Source: Hemiscyllium ocellatum
Taxonomy: Eukaryota
DNA length: 64,000 nucleotides
Assembly (NCBI RefSeq): GCF_020745735.1
Contig: NC_083401.1
Span: forward strand, 162,926,018-162,990,017
Direction of reading: 5' to 3'
A program made the translations under genes and the position numbers. Of this stretch, positions 26,820 through 38,709 are shown piece by piece. Numbering within the stretch: the stretch's first letter is position 1; each line of letters starts with the position of its first letter. Under the pieces are notes generated by a model. It worked only from the letters and a program-made list of their open reading frames with translations. It had not been told where the DNA came from and searched no databases.

Positions 26820-27680
26820 CATGGTTCAAATCACAGCATTGGTTAACTCAGAGACTGCAGAAATTTGGTTTAAAAATTCGGGACATTAGTGTTTCTGCTC
26901 CTTTTTAACCTTCTGGCATTGAATTCAATTTCAAGATTTCAGGCAGTAAATCACATTCCTATAAATGGGGTGACATGGGAATCTTGCTGGATAGCTACCC
27001 ACTGTGCTAACATGCTGAGGGAATTCACTTTGTCTTAACTGAGAGTTTAGCTATTCACATGTTACAACTTCCCAGACATGTAAGATCTTAAACATCCTGG
27101 AATATATGACTATTAAAATTCAGACTCCTGCCCATGATTATTGCTTCTACTATTTGAAGCACACCTATATTTTTCTGATCGTGCTCAAAAAGTATGAATT
27201 TGAAAATAAGCCCTACAGAACAAATGTTAAATTACAGACTACGTGGTCATATATCGACCAGTTATTGTGCAGGTGCACCAGTCACAAAACTGCCATTAGG
27301 TTAGATTATTAAAATTCACAATTAAATACTGATCTTTTCTGTAAACTTAATTCCAACAGTCAATGGCAAATGCTTTCAGCTTTATGTGAAGTGTTTTTAT
27401 TACACAAATGTATTTTGATAAATTGTTCCCATCTTCTTGCTATTTTTCTAACAAAAATGCTGCAGCCATACCCGTATGGTTCTGTGTTTGAATTGACTTT
27501 AACTGTGATAGTAATCCAAGAAATAATGAAAGGTCCCACCAGATTGCCTTTTCCTGCCCAAAATATATTGTCATGTTACTGTGCAATCCTTGGTCTTACA
27601 TCCTATGGCCAAGGGCTCTCTAAAGTGAAAATTTTGAGATCTCTGAAACTATATAATGCTTTACATTGTATTATTTACAG

Positions 27681-27753
27681 ATTATTCACCAGATAGGTTT
27701 GTCCACCAATGTGAATGGAGTATCTCAACAAGCCAATGGCATCAGTCCAGAAG
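27681..27753 (+). CDS. DCLK2: DCLK2 internal coding exon (end of Ser/Pro-rich linker): IIHQIGLSTNVNGVSQQANGISPE-G
   Basis: Acceptor ttatttacag, donor AAG|gtaagt; 73 nt, phase 0 to 1. Aligns by eye with the mammalian DCLK2 segment ISAHGRSSSNVNGGPELDRCISPEG, and its phase matches the next exon. Confidence 0.88.
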
Positions 27754-28764
27754 GTAAGTGGTTATGCTTTGGAGCATTGACTGTTAATTGCTTCTAAAGA
27801 TGCAGTGGAGATGTAAGGCTTTGGAATCAGGAGCCTTAGAGTCCTGAACCTTAGTCCCTGACCCAATTCTGTGTGGCTGAACTTGTCCTATATTCCTAAT
27901 GCAATTGGTTAGCAAAGTTCCATCAATCTCAGACCTAGCATCAATGCTGCTTGTGGAGCATTGTTTCAAATACAGATTCAATGTCCAAAACCTGCAAAAG
28001 CAAAAGTTTTGAGAGTGCATTCTCCCAGGACTATGGTTGTGGCAGATCTCAGTGTTTCGCAGATTTTGGATTACCTGCCAGATCAGAAAATGCTCCAGAA
28101 ATTCAGCAGGTTTGGAGCATCAGTGGTGAGAGAAACAGAGTAAAACTACTTCAAGTCTGATATGACTCTTCAGACCAGTTGGTAAAGATTTACCATTATT
28201 ATATTAGTATATAAAAAACTATTCCTTGAAGGTGCAGAATTTGGTAACACATGCAGTTTGTAATATAATTATACAAATGTTTATCCCTCTGAATAAACTA
28301 AAACACGCACACAAATAAACACTGAGCTTTCAGGAGCTGATTAAGAAGTTTAGGCAGGGAGCATTTGAATCTCTGTTGTACCAACAATAGCCAGATTAGT
28401 TTTCCCCGCAGGAAACACAATCCAAAAACTAAGTTCAAACTCTGACCACTCCCTGACAGACTGACCACCTCCTCCATGCAGTCTCATCAGCCATTCACAA
28501 TCTGTTTGAGAATACCATCTTACCAGATTTCTAGAATGAATATCTAAGTACTGGCATCATTAATAGTCGACTTCTGCTATTTGTTTAAACATAATGCAGC
28601 AAGGGTTCTAACACACCAAAACATAGACAGGTGTCTCTGGGATGGATCCAATGCAGCTTTCTCAGGAAGCACAGCATAGAGGATTCTTCCAGAATCTCTC
28701 AAAGAGAACATCAGGGTTGAGCCTGGACCAGCGCTCCAGATACTATGCTGGATTCACAACAGGA

Positions 28765-31424
28765 GGTGGAGGTGCCAGTCTTGGACTGGGGTGGTCAAGG
28801 TCAGAAGGCACCCATCACCGGGTTATAGTTCAACAGGTTTATTCAAAATCACAGGCTTTCAGAGCACTGGTCCTTCGTTATGTGAAGTGAAGAAAGCACA
28901 CAGGCACAGAATTTAAAGACAAAGAGATCAAAAATCATAAAAATGGTGTGAGTGGAGTGTCGCTAGGCTGAATAATAAGTCTCTGCAGGTGATCAAAAGT
29001 GTCAGACGGTGTGAGTAAAGTGTCAACGGCTGATTGACAACTGAAGGGAATGACCTGTAATCTGATTAATTGAGGCAGAGAGTTAATTACAAAAAATTAA
29101 AAAATAAGGTGGTGCTGGAGACAAACCAAATAGCTGGAATAATATGGGTGATATGAGTCACAAGCTGAGGGCCAAACCAAACTAACAAGTTATCCAAAAC
29201 TGTTACAAGCTAATTGAGGTAGAGGGATCATAACAAGTTATCAAATTGATGGTGTCAAAACAATGGCGGGGTGTAATGTAGCACAACGTGAACCCGAGAC
29301 CATGGTTGAGGCCATCTTCATGGGTATGGAACTTGACTGTCAGTTTCTGCTCAGCGTTTCTGCATTGTTGTGTATTTCAAAGGCTGTCTTGGTGGCTGAA
29401 TATCCTTCACTGCTGTAATATTCCCCGAGTGGGAGGGAATAATCCTGTCTGTCCATTCATCTGTTGTAGCGTCTGCGTGGTCTTGCCAATATACCATGCC
29501 TCTGGGCATCCTTGCCTGTACGTATGAGGTAGACAACATTAGTTGAGTCACATGAGTATCTGCCATATGTGTGGTGAGTGATGCTCCCACATGTGGTAAT
29601 GGTATCCATGTTGTTGATCTAACATGTCTTGCAGAGGTTGCCATGGCAGGGTTGTGTGGTGTTGTATTTGATGTTCTCCTGAAGGCTGGGTAGGTTACTG
29701 TGAATGATGGTTTGTTTAAAGTTTGGCAGTTGTTTGAAGGCGAGAAGTACGGGTGTAGGGATGATCTTGGCGAGATGTTCGTTATCAGTGCTGACATATT
29801 GAAGGCTGCAAAGAACATGGCTTAATTTCTCCGTTCCAGGGAAGTACTGGGTGATGCAGGGTACTCTATTGGTCATGTCCTGTGCCTGTCTTCTGCAGAG
29901 GTCATTGTGGTTGTTCGCTGTGGCACGTCGGAACTGGTGATCGATGAGTTGAGAATTGTATCATGTTCTTATGAGGGTGTCTGTCATGTTCCTCCTCATC
30001 TGAGCAGATCCTGTTTATGAGCAGGACATGTCCATAGGGGATGGCTTCTTTAAAGTGTTTACGGTTGGAAGCTGGAGAAGTGCAGCATCCTGAGATTATC
30101 CATGGGCTTGCGATAAAGTGAGGTACTGGGGTGTCTGTCTTTGATGGAGATGTGTGTGTCCAAGAATGAGACTGATTCTGAAGAGTAGTCCATGGTAAGT
30201 CTAATGGTGAGATGAAACTTGTTGATATCCTTGTGTAGGCATTTCAGTGATTCCTCACCATGAGTCCAGAGGAAAAACTGTTGATGTACCTAGTGTATAG
30301 CATTTGTATCAGGTCCTGCGCATCAAAGAAGTTTTTCTCGAACTTGTGCATGAAAATGTTGGCATATTGGGGTGCACATTTGGTCACTATGGCTGCTCTG
30401 TGTCTGGATGAAGAACTGGTTGTAAAGGGTGAAGCTGCTGTGGTCGAGGATGAAGTGGATGAGTTGTAGGATGATGCCTGGAGATTGTGTGTTGGTATTG
30501 AGTACTGAGGCTGCAGCAGCAATCCCATTGTTGTAGCAGGTACTGGTATAGTGTTGAAACATTCATTGTGTTGAGGAAGGTTCAATTAGTCTATTTGTAC
30601 AGTTTTGGATTACTTGTTACTTTGATTAGATCCTTGGCATGTGACTCTCATCTATCATAGAATCCCTACAGAGTGGAAATAGGCCATTTCGCCCAACAAG
30701 TCCACACTGACCCTTGAAAGAGTATCCCACTCAGATACATTCCCCAACCCTATTACTCTACATTTCCCATGACTAATGCACCTAACGTACACATTCCTGA
30801 ACACTGTGGGCAATTTAGCATGACCAAATCACCTAAAGTGCACCGGAGCACCCGGAGGAAGCCCATCCAGTCATGGAAAGAATGTGAAAACTCTACACAA
30901 ACCAGCCGCCCGAGGCTGGAATCGAACCTGGGTCCCTGGCGCTGTGAGGTAGCAGTGGTAACCACTGAGCCACCGTGCCTACAGAGAGATGTCTCTCGTG
31001 TTATTCCAGCTGGTTAGTTTGTTAGCGATTTTTGAAAACATTTGTAGCTCAGATTGAGGTTCTGGATGTAAGTTTGCTCACTCAGTTGGAAAGTTTGTTG
31101 TTAGACGTTTTGTCACCATACTAAACAACATCATACTATGTAACATACCAGGTATGTTTGTCTCTAGCACCACCTTATTTTTAATTTTTTGTAATTAGCT
31201 CTCTGCCTCAACTAATCAGATTATAGGTCATCCCTTCACTTGGTATCCAGCTGTTGACACTCCACTCACACCATTTATATGATTTTTCGATCACTCTGCC
31301 TGTAAATTCTGTGCCTGTGTGCTGCTCTTCACTTTATCTGATGATGGAGCAAGGCTCCAAAAGCTTGTGACTTTGAATAAACCTGGTGAACTGTAACCTG
31401 GTGTTTGTGACTTCTGACCTTGTC
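28765..31424 (-). mobile_element. Penelope-like retroelement (family B): RT and GIY-YIG remnants flanked by inverted pseudo-LTRs
   Basis: Minus-strand APQYANIFM...YTRYIN (RT, ~30270-30400), LLAFKQLPNFKQ...PCHGNLCKTC (linker) and NVVYLI...WYIGKT (GIY-YIG, ~29470-29550). ~28790-29215 is repeated in inverted orientation at ~30585-31424, split by later insertions. Duplication cacaa(c/t)agga at 28755-28764 and 31425-31434. Confidence 0.88.
30655..30979 (-). mobile_element. HE1-type V-SINE nested in the Penelope inverted pLTR
   Basis: Reverse complement of the SINE head, V-domain and CR1-like tail. Confidence 0.85.
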
Positions 31425-31525
31425 CACAATAGGATGGTTTTCAGGAACAAGAGAGTTAGAACGGTGAACCAGACTGGCCACCAAGCTGAAGAAAACAAAC
31501 AATCATCAAAGCAGAAAGCAGAAGT

Positions 31526-31617
31526 TTCCTGAAGAAGGGCTCATGCCCGAAACGTCGATTCTTCTGCTCCTTGGATGCTGCCTGACCTGCTGCGCTTTTC
31601 CAGCAACACATTTTCAG
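31526..31617 (+). ncRNA. Solo Penelope family A terminus with intact minimal hammerhead (CUGAAGA variant)
   Basis: CTGAAGA(31529)-AGGGCTCATGCCC-GAAACGTC(31556), in sense orientation to the DCLK2 pre-mRNA. Confidence 0.72.
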
Positions 31618-34210
31618 TGGTAAACCTAGGCAAGAGTCTGCAATAAACAAGCCGTTACCACGAGACATGAGATTTTCAAGAAATGTATTGTTTTAAAAAA
31701 GTTTCATTGACCTCTGTAAAAACAAAAGCAAACTAGTTATCTCCATAATCCTGTAATGTCATTTCGTTAACCTGTTAATATCTCTTTGTAATTTTATGCT
31801 ACCATTTACACTGCTTATAATGCTGCCTATTGTTGTTTCATTGGAAAATTTGAATGTACGGCCTTGTACCTCGTGACTGAGTTATTGTTAATTTCCATAA
31901 GTAGCTAATGCCCCACCATTGTCATGCAGACCTGCACTAGACATATTCTGTGTATCAGTGTACCTTCCCATTATCTCTGCTCATTGTCTCCTGTCATCAG
32001 CCTATTTTGTTTCGTGATTTGGCAATTTTCCACCACTTAAGAGTTATTTTCTTAAATACCTAATGTTATCACTGATGTAAACAAAGTAATTGTTCAACAT
32101 GCACACTATTTCTTTAATTTCAATAATGTTATTTGTAAGGGGCCCATATTGCACTCTTTCCTGATAGAATTATAGAAATTTATTTTGGTGATTCTGATGT
32201 TGCTTGCATATTTCTTATTGTACTCTTTTTTTTCATAGCTCTTATAATTTGGTTGTTCATCTTTCATTGTTCTTTTAATACCTCCATTGCCTGGTATGTG
32301 CTATTTTTTTTACTTTTTGTAGTAATTTTTTTACCCCTTTAGTCTAACATGCCTTTTGTTGGCAATTAGAACTTTTGCCCTGATGGATACAAGTAATTTC
32401 CGTATGACATGAAATTCTACATGATCATTATCTTTTCACAGATTTACACAGTTTCCTATGAACAGTCTGTGTCTCATCACATTAATGTCCAAATTGAATA
32501 TAGCTATTCTCTTATTTGGTTCTAGAATATATTGTTGGAGAAAATTATCCTGAAGACATACAAGAAAGAGCCAGTCTGCTTATCCCAATCTATAATACAT
32601 CTTAAATTGCACACTGAAGCCATCCTGTCTTTACTGCATGCTAATCCAGTCTCTACAACTGCACCACTTCATAGGTACAGCTAAGGTTGGAAGGGTTGGG
32701 CTGTACACAACTCTCCAATACAGTCTTAAATTTAAAACATATTCTGCTCCTAATGTCTTCACTGCCCGCTTAGATCTTTCATTATACTACTTTTATCATT
32801 GAAATGGTGTCATTTTTAAGTATTGAGGCTGCCTCTTACTCTTTTTCATTTTTACTATCATTTTGTATTTTGCCTTGGAGAATTAGAGTAAATTTTATTG
32901 CGCATTTGCTCTTTTCTGTACTTAACCAGGGAACACTCATGTTGATGTTGGGTGTCAAATATGGAAAACATATCCCAATCTCCATATTGATGTTTCCATA
33001 TTTCAATTAGTGAAAAGGTGCAGATGTTAAATAACTAAATTCTTATGAACCCGCCAAAGGACTGAAATATTGCTTCTTTTTCTGTTGAACAGCTCCATTT
33101 TATTTTCCAGTGGTGCACATTTTTCAAGTAAATGTGAATAATAAACATGAAACAAAATTTTGACAAAGTTCAGTCCCTCTATGATGTTAATAATTCTCAT
33201 AGACTCCTGCTTACCAACAGCCCTTATATATCATTCCCATTTTTAAGATTTATTAACTTTGTCTTCTACAACCATGAGAATGTTAAGAATGCAATAACAT
33301 CATGAAATACTTCCTCAAGATATCTATTCAATTTCTTCAATTTTGAATAAGCTGCTGATGTTTTAGTGGTCTCTCCGGAAGTTTCCAAAATGAAAATCTG
33401 AAACCAAACCTGCCTTTTTGAAATGGAAGTCGTTTTTTTTACCTCTTTCTGTTGTGTCTCATTTGTGCAGTTAAATGTTATTGATATTCTTCAGCAGATA
33501 AGCATTTATCAAAATCATCGTCCTCATATCCAATTTTTACACAGCAGTTATAGCTAGTGTGGCAAAATGCCCATGTGTAGAGAAGCATACACATTATTAC
33601 TTTCCAGTGGGTTATATTTCTCTCTGGAAGTTTATTATTTGACCCATTAGTTCTTCTTTAAGGATGTCACAACTTCACTATTTGCTAACGTTTTCTGAGA
33701 ACTCATTTCTTTAGAGATTTGGTGAAATATTGCAAGCATACACAAATCCATAAGGCCAATTTTAGGAATTTGCCTTGTTTATGGAAATGGCCATTGTTTG
33801 TCGTGGCTCTTTGATAGTTCAGGAATGCTGTGCATTTTCTTTGAAGGAGCAAATGCAGTTAAATTGTTATTTCAAAACATCTTGCAGATCTACAGCCCAT
33901 AGGCTGATTTTACAGCATCCTGCTCCCACTTTGGCACCCTTGTTCTCCATGACTACAATTTGGAAACTCACATATGCTGAAGTTTTATGATGCAGAGTCC
34001 TGACAGGGACAGCTGCTTGCTGGAAACACTTTCTTTTAATGTGTTAGCTTTGCTCGTCTTCAACATTGAATACTAGAAGGACAAAGCAATTTTCAGTCAA
34101 CGCTTTTCTTGAAATATCTCAATAGGATTTACTTCATTAAGACCTCCTGAGACTTTCAACTGCTTTGAGGCAAAGATCTGTTGCCATCAAGCTGCCTGAT
34201 TGTGATAAGC

Positions 34211-34304
34211 TGAAAATGTGTTGCTGGTTAAAGCACAGCAGGTTAGGCAGCATCCAAGGAACAGGAAATTCAACGTTTCGGGCCAGAGTCCATCATCAGG
34301 AATC
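34211..34304 (-). mobile_element. Solo tail-less Penelope family A terminus with hammerhead and 13-bp TSD
   Basis: gattgtgataagc at 34198-34210 and 34305-34317. Reverse complement attcCTGATGAtggactctggcccGAAACGTTgaat, with stem I attc/gaat. Confidence 0.88.
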
Positions 34305-34474
34305 GATTGTGATAAGCCCATGTATAATTTTAAATTCTTCCATTGAGGGAAATGGAGACTGAAACAAGAGCACACAACTGTAACGTTGCCATGTGTCACG
34401 CATTGTTCAAGTTTGGGAAAATGTTTTCTTCTAATAGGTTAAAGAATAAGTGGAGCTGATTTTATTTTTGGAAA

Positions 34475-34991
34475 AGGCAAGATGTTGTGAAATTTGAAAG
34501 GGTTCAGAAAAGATTTACAAGGATGTTGCCAGGGTTGCAGGATTTGAGCTATTGGGAGAAGCTGAACAGGCTGGGGCTGTTTTCCCTGGAGTGTCGGAGG
34601 CTGAGGGGTGACCTTAGAGAGGTTTACAAAATTATCAGGGGCATGGATAGAGTAAATAGGCAAAGTCTTTTCCCTGGGGTCGGAGAGTCCAGAACTAGAG
34701 AGCATAGGTTTAAGGTGAGAGGGGAAAGACATAAAAGAGACCTAAGGGGCAACTTTTTCACACAGAGGGTGATATGTGTATGGAATGAGCTGCCAGAGGA
34801 AGTAGTGGAGGCTGATACAATTGCGACATTTAAGAGGCATTTGGATGGGTATATGAATAGGAAGGGTTTGGAGGGATATGGGCTGGGTGCTGGCAGGTGG
34901 GACTAGATTGGGTTGGGATATCTGGCCAACATGGATGGGTTGGACTGAAGGGTCTGTTTCCAAACTGTACATCTCTATGACTCTATGACTC
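34475..34991 (+). mobile_element. Young CR1/HER1 3' fragment
   Basis: ORF 34487-34906 (ERVQKRFTRMLPGL...FFTQRV..VWNELPEEVV) and a (ctctatga)n tail. Confidence 0.93.
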
Positions 34992-34994
34992 AAA

Positions 34995-36055
34995 TTGGTT
35001 TTAGCATTAGCAGTAATCTTTCAAAACTTTCTTGATTTTGAAATTGTGCAGTTAGACTGGAAATTTGCTAACATTATTCCATTATTTAAGGAGGGTCGGA
35101 GTACAAAACCAAGTGGCTATGGACCTCTCAATTTGATGTCTATTTTGGGGGAGGTATTAAAATCATTTAAGGACAAAACTGGAATAAACTATATGCTGAT
35201 CAGACAAAGCCAGCACTATATTTATAAAGGTCAGTCTTGAAAGCCAAATCAAGGTGAATGTTTTGAGGAGATCATTTGTGAGGGAGACAAAGGGTTTAAG
35301 GTGGAAGTTGGCTCCATGGCTAATACATTAGGTTCCATGCAAGAAGTCGTTGCCAAAATGTTTGAGAGTGCATGGAATTGGAGGTAGGGGAAATTTCATA
35401 TGTGAAGATTTCAAAGATAAATCAGAGTATGTTGTTAACTGTGAGATATCAGACACTGTAGGTAAATGGATTTGAGAGACCAAGCGCACAAGTCTATTCA
35501 AGTTGGTAGACAGCGACAAATCACACCCAAAGGCCGACTGGAATGTGTGTCTTTGTTTTGTCATTGAATGTAGATGATTTGAAATAATGTTTCAATTGTA
35601 TAAAGCCTTGGTGATGTCCCATCTGAAGTAGTCTTGGCACCATATACTTCAGGAAAGATCTACTAGCTGCCAAGGAGGTGTAACACAAGTTCCTTATAAT
35701 GATGCTGGCACTTACAGGTTTGAGGTTTGAAGGCTTAAACATGGCTCAAAGTATTGAAGATTGAAGGGTGATCTGATCATTTTTGTTTTAAATGTATGAC
35801 AATTCAGTATGATAGGTACAATAAAGTATTTCATCTGTTGGGGAAATCAAAAACAAGAGGACATACTTTAAAATTAGAGCCGGGCTGTTCAGGGGTGAAA
35901 TCACAAAGCTGTCTGTGTATGGTATATTTTTATTTAGTATGGTTGTCAGGGAGATGGAGCTGAAGTGGGTAAATGCACGTTGAGGGACAGGTCAGCCATG
36001 ATCAAACGGAATGTTGGACTGAGCTCAGTGATTAGTCTACTCTTGCTCCTGTTTC
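34995..36055 (+). mobile_element. Older, internally deleted CR1
   Basis: DWKFANIIPLFKEG...YGPLNL, LYKALVMSHL and a CR1-like 3' UTR. Confidence 0.7.
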
Positions 36056-36875
36056 AGTTGGTCAAAAGAAGCTTGGTCAGTAGTTGTTGAGGAGCACTTT
36101 AAATCTCAGAGGAGTTAAGAGAAGGAAATTAGTGTTCACTAACTTCAGAAGAGTAACACGTGGCTTAGGGAAGAAATAAATGACAGTACAATAAATCATA
36201 GACCGTGCATGAACCAGCCCTGATTGGCCAAATTACTTTTTCTTTGCTCAGGATAGATTTCTAATCCATTCTCAATTTACATGAATCAGGACAGGGAGAT
36301 CCAACTGAACACCATCATTGTCCCCTGAGGTAATGTGTTGTGTGCTGTGAGGATACTTATAAAGGAGGTAATATGACTACAGAGGACAGTAAATAACTAA
36401 AAAATCTAAAATGGTATTGTGACAAGGCATCAGTTTTCTGCTCGCTTGAAACAACCATTATTCATTTCTGATGCTTAAAATATCAATCTGCCTTTTCCAC
36501 CACCCTTTTCATCAATACTTTGGATAAAGGAATGTACCCAATCAGAAAACATTGACGTAGCATCTACATTTGATGACAGTTTAAATGGATCAGTATATCG
36601 TTTAAAATCGGAAGGCGTAATTTGGAGCAAATCTCAATCACAGATAAATAGCATTTAGCATTATGGTCCAGAGTCATACATTCAAAACTGACCCAGAGCT
36701 TGTCATATTGATGGAAGTGGGCATGAGTTACCAAATGCAGCTTCCTCCATGGAGTGATCTGAATAACTGTGTACAAAACTTTTCCCCTTCTTTCAACATT
36801 TTTTCTAAGAGCTTCTTTCACACCTTCCATTTCAACTGGCAGGCTGCACTTCCAACTGGTCGTTCTCTGACCCCA

Positions 36876-36954
36876 TCTGTCAGGGTGGACTCTGCCAGGG
36901 TAGCCTCTGTGCCACTCTGTCAGGGTGGACTCTGCCAGGGTAGCCACTGTGCCA
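36876..36954 (+). repeat. 40-bp tandem duplication
   Basis: tctgtcagggtggactctgccagggtagcc(t/a)ctgtgcca occurs twice with one mismatch. Confidence 0.9.
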
Positions 36955-37628
36955 GAGTTATCAACTCTGATGAGGAGCGGAGGTGGGAAGGTGATAACAA
37001 AAGTCAACGTCATAAGTACAACATAAGTGCATTAACATTAGGAGATGTAAAAGACAGTGGAAATAGGTTTGAATGTATATAATGAGAAATGAAAGCCAGC
37101 AACTCACCAACCTGCCAAGACTCCTTTGACAGCACGATGCAAACTCACATCCTCTGCTATCTGGAAGATCAGAAACCAAGAGATGCCAGAGAGCACTACC
37201 CCTACCTGCAATTAACCTTCAAGCCAGACACTAGCCTGACTTGGAACGACATCACTGTTACCTCACTTCCTCTGAGTGAAACTCCTAGTACTCCCTTGCA
37301 GTCCGTCTCTGTTTGTAGACCAGGGCATGATTCTCTCCAACATCCAGGCTTCACTACAGCCAAGGAAACTGGACATCCCTTCAAGGTTTACTCTTATAGG
37401 GACAAGATTAGTAAAGGGTTAAAACATATTGTGAATAAAACATTTTTGTAGTTGACAAGGCCATAAGACATAGCAACAAAAAGTAAGCCATCTCGCCCAT
37501 TGAGTCCACTCCAACACTTAACAAGATCATAGCTCATCTGATAATCCTCAGCCCGTAACCCTTGATTCCCTTATTGATTAAAAGCTATCTCATCCTTGAA
37601 TATTACCTGCACTTAATGACACAGCCAC

Positions 37629-37943
37629 GGGAAGGCACGGTGGCACAGTGGTTAGCACTGCTGCCTCACAGCGCCAGAGACCTGGGTTCAATTCCTGACT
37701 CAGGCGACTGACTGTGTGGAGTTTGCACATTCTCCCCGTGTCTGCGTGGGTTTCCTCCGGGTGCTCCGGTTTCCTCCCACAGTCCAAAGATGTGCAGGTC
37801 AGGTGAATTGGCCATGCTAAATTGCCCGTGGTGTTAGGTAAGGGGTAAATGTAGGGGTATGGGTGGGTTGCGCTTCGGCGGGTCAGTGTGGACTTGTTGG
37901 GCCGAAGGGCCTGTTTCCGCACTGTAAGTAATCTAATCTAATC
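37629..37943 (+). mobile_element. HE1-type V-SINE nested in an old minus-strand CR1 (~37465-39900, fragmented)
   Basis: Full SINE structure with (aatct)n tail; the flanks continue a CR1 3' end. Confidence 0.92.
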
Positions 37944-38229
37944 ACCACAGTTCTCTGTGATAATGAATTTCACAGACTTATAATGTTTTGAGAAATTAAA
38001 TGCCTCCTTATCTGTATCTTAAATGAGCAGCCCCTTATTCTGAGAATATGCCCGATACTCCTAGTCTCTCCCCACAAGGGGAAACAACTTTTTTGTATCT
38101 ACCCTGTCAAGTCTGCTAAGAATCTTATGTTTCAATTATTCTTCTGAGCTTAAATGTGTAAATACCTAACCAACTCAACCTCTCCTCCTAATACAGTCCA
38201 GCCATACATGCTATCAACCTACCAAGGCT

Positions 38230-38709
38230 TTGGATATAAGTTTGATTGCTGAGGTGGAATGTTCGTTTTCAGATGTTGCATCACCGTACTAGATAACATC
38301 ATCAGTGAGCCTTCAGTGAAGCACTGGTGTTCATGACTCGCTTTCTCTTTGTGTTTAGGTTTCCTTAGGGTTGGTGACATCATTTTCTCTGGTGATGTTA
38401 TTTCCTGTTCTTTTTCTCAGCGGGTGGTAAGTGGGGCCCAAGTCAAGGTGTTCCCTTACACACAGATAAGAAAGGACATCAGTTTGACTGGGGACAACAC
38501 ATCCATCCTAGGACAAGCCAAACTAAGACAGGTGTGAGAATTCCGAGAGGCATGGCATTCCAACCAGAACTCTATCAACAAACACAGTGCTTCACTGGAG
38601 GCTCACTGATGATATTACCTAGTATGGTGACAAAACAAACCTTCCAGCTCAGCAAGCAAACTCACATCCAGAACGTCAACCTGAGCCACAAATCTTCTCA
38701 AAACTCGCT
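38230..38709. mobile_element. Penelope family C fold-back fragment with decayed hammerheads; a related piece lies at ~31023-31135
   Basis: Inverted arms ~38230-38328 and ~38585-38672. Core CTGATGA(38606)-tattacc-tagtat-ggtgac-AAAAC. The interior ILGQAK.R..REF.RAWHS resembles a GIY-YIG C-terminus. Confidence 0.72.

Noticed and set aside
1-27680. DCLK2 exon encoding VNGTPSSQLSTPKS...FRGLK, or a DCL-like DLYRPLS terminal exon
   Set aside because: Not found by eye; the former probably lies upstream of the window. The only DLY codon run I noticed (7852) is inside the Harbinger fossil.
36876-36954. CRISPR-like or regulatory array
   Set aside because: Only two adjacent units with no spacer; a simple tandem duplication in eukaryotic DNA.
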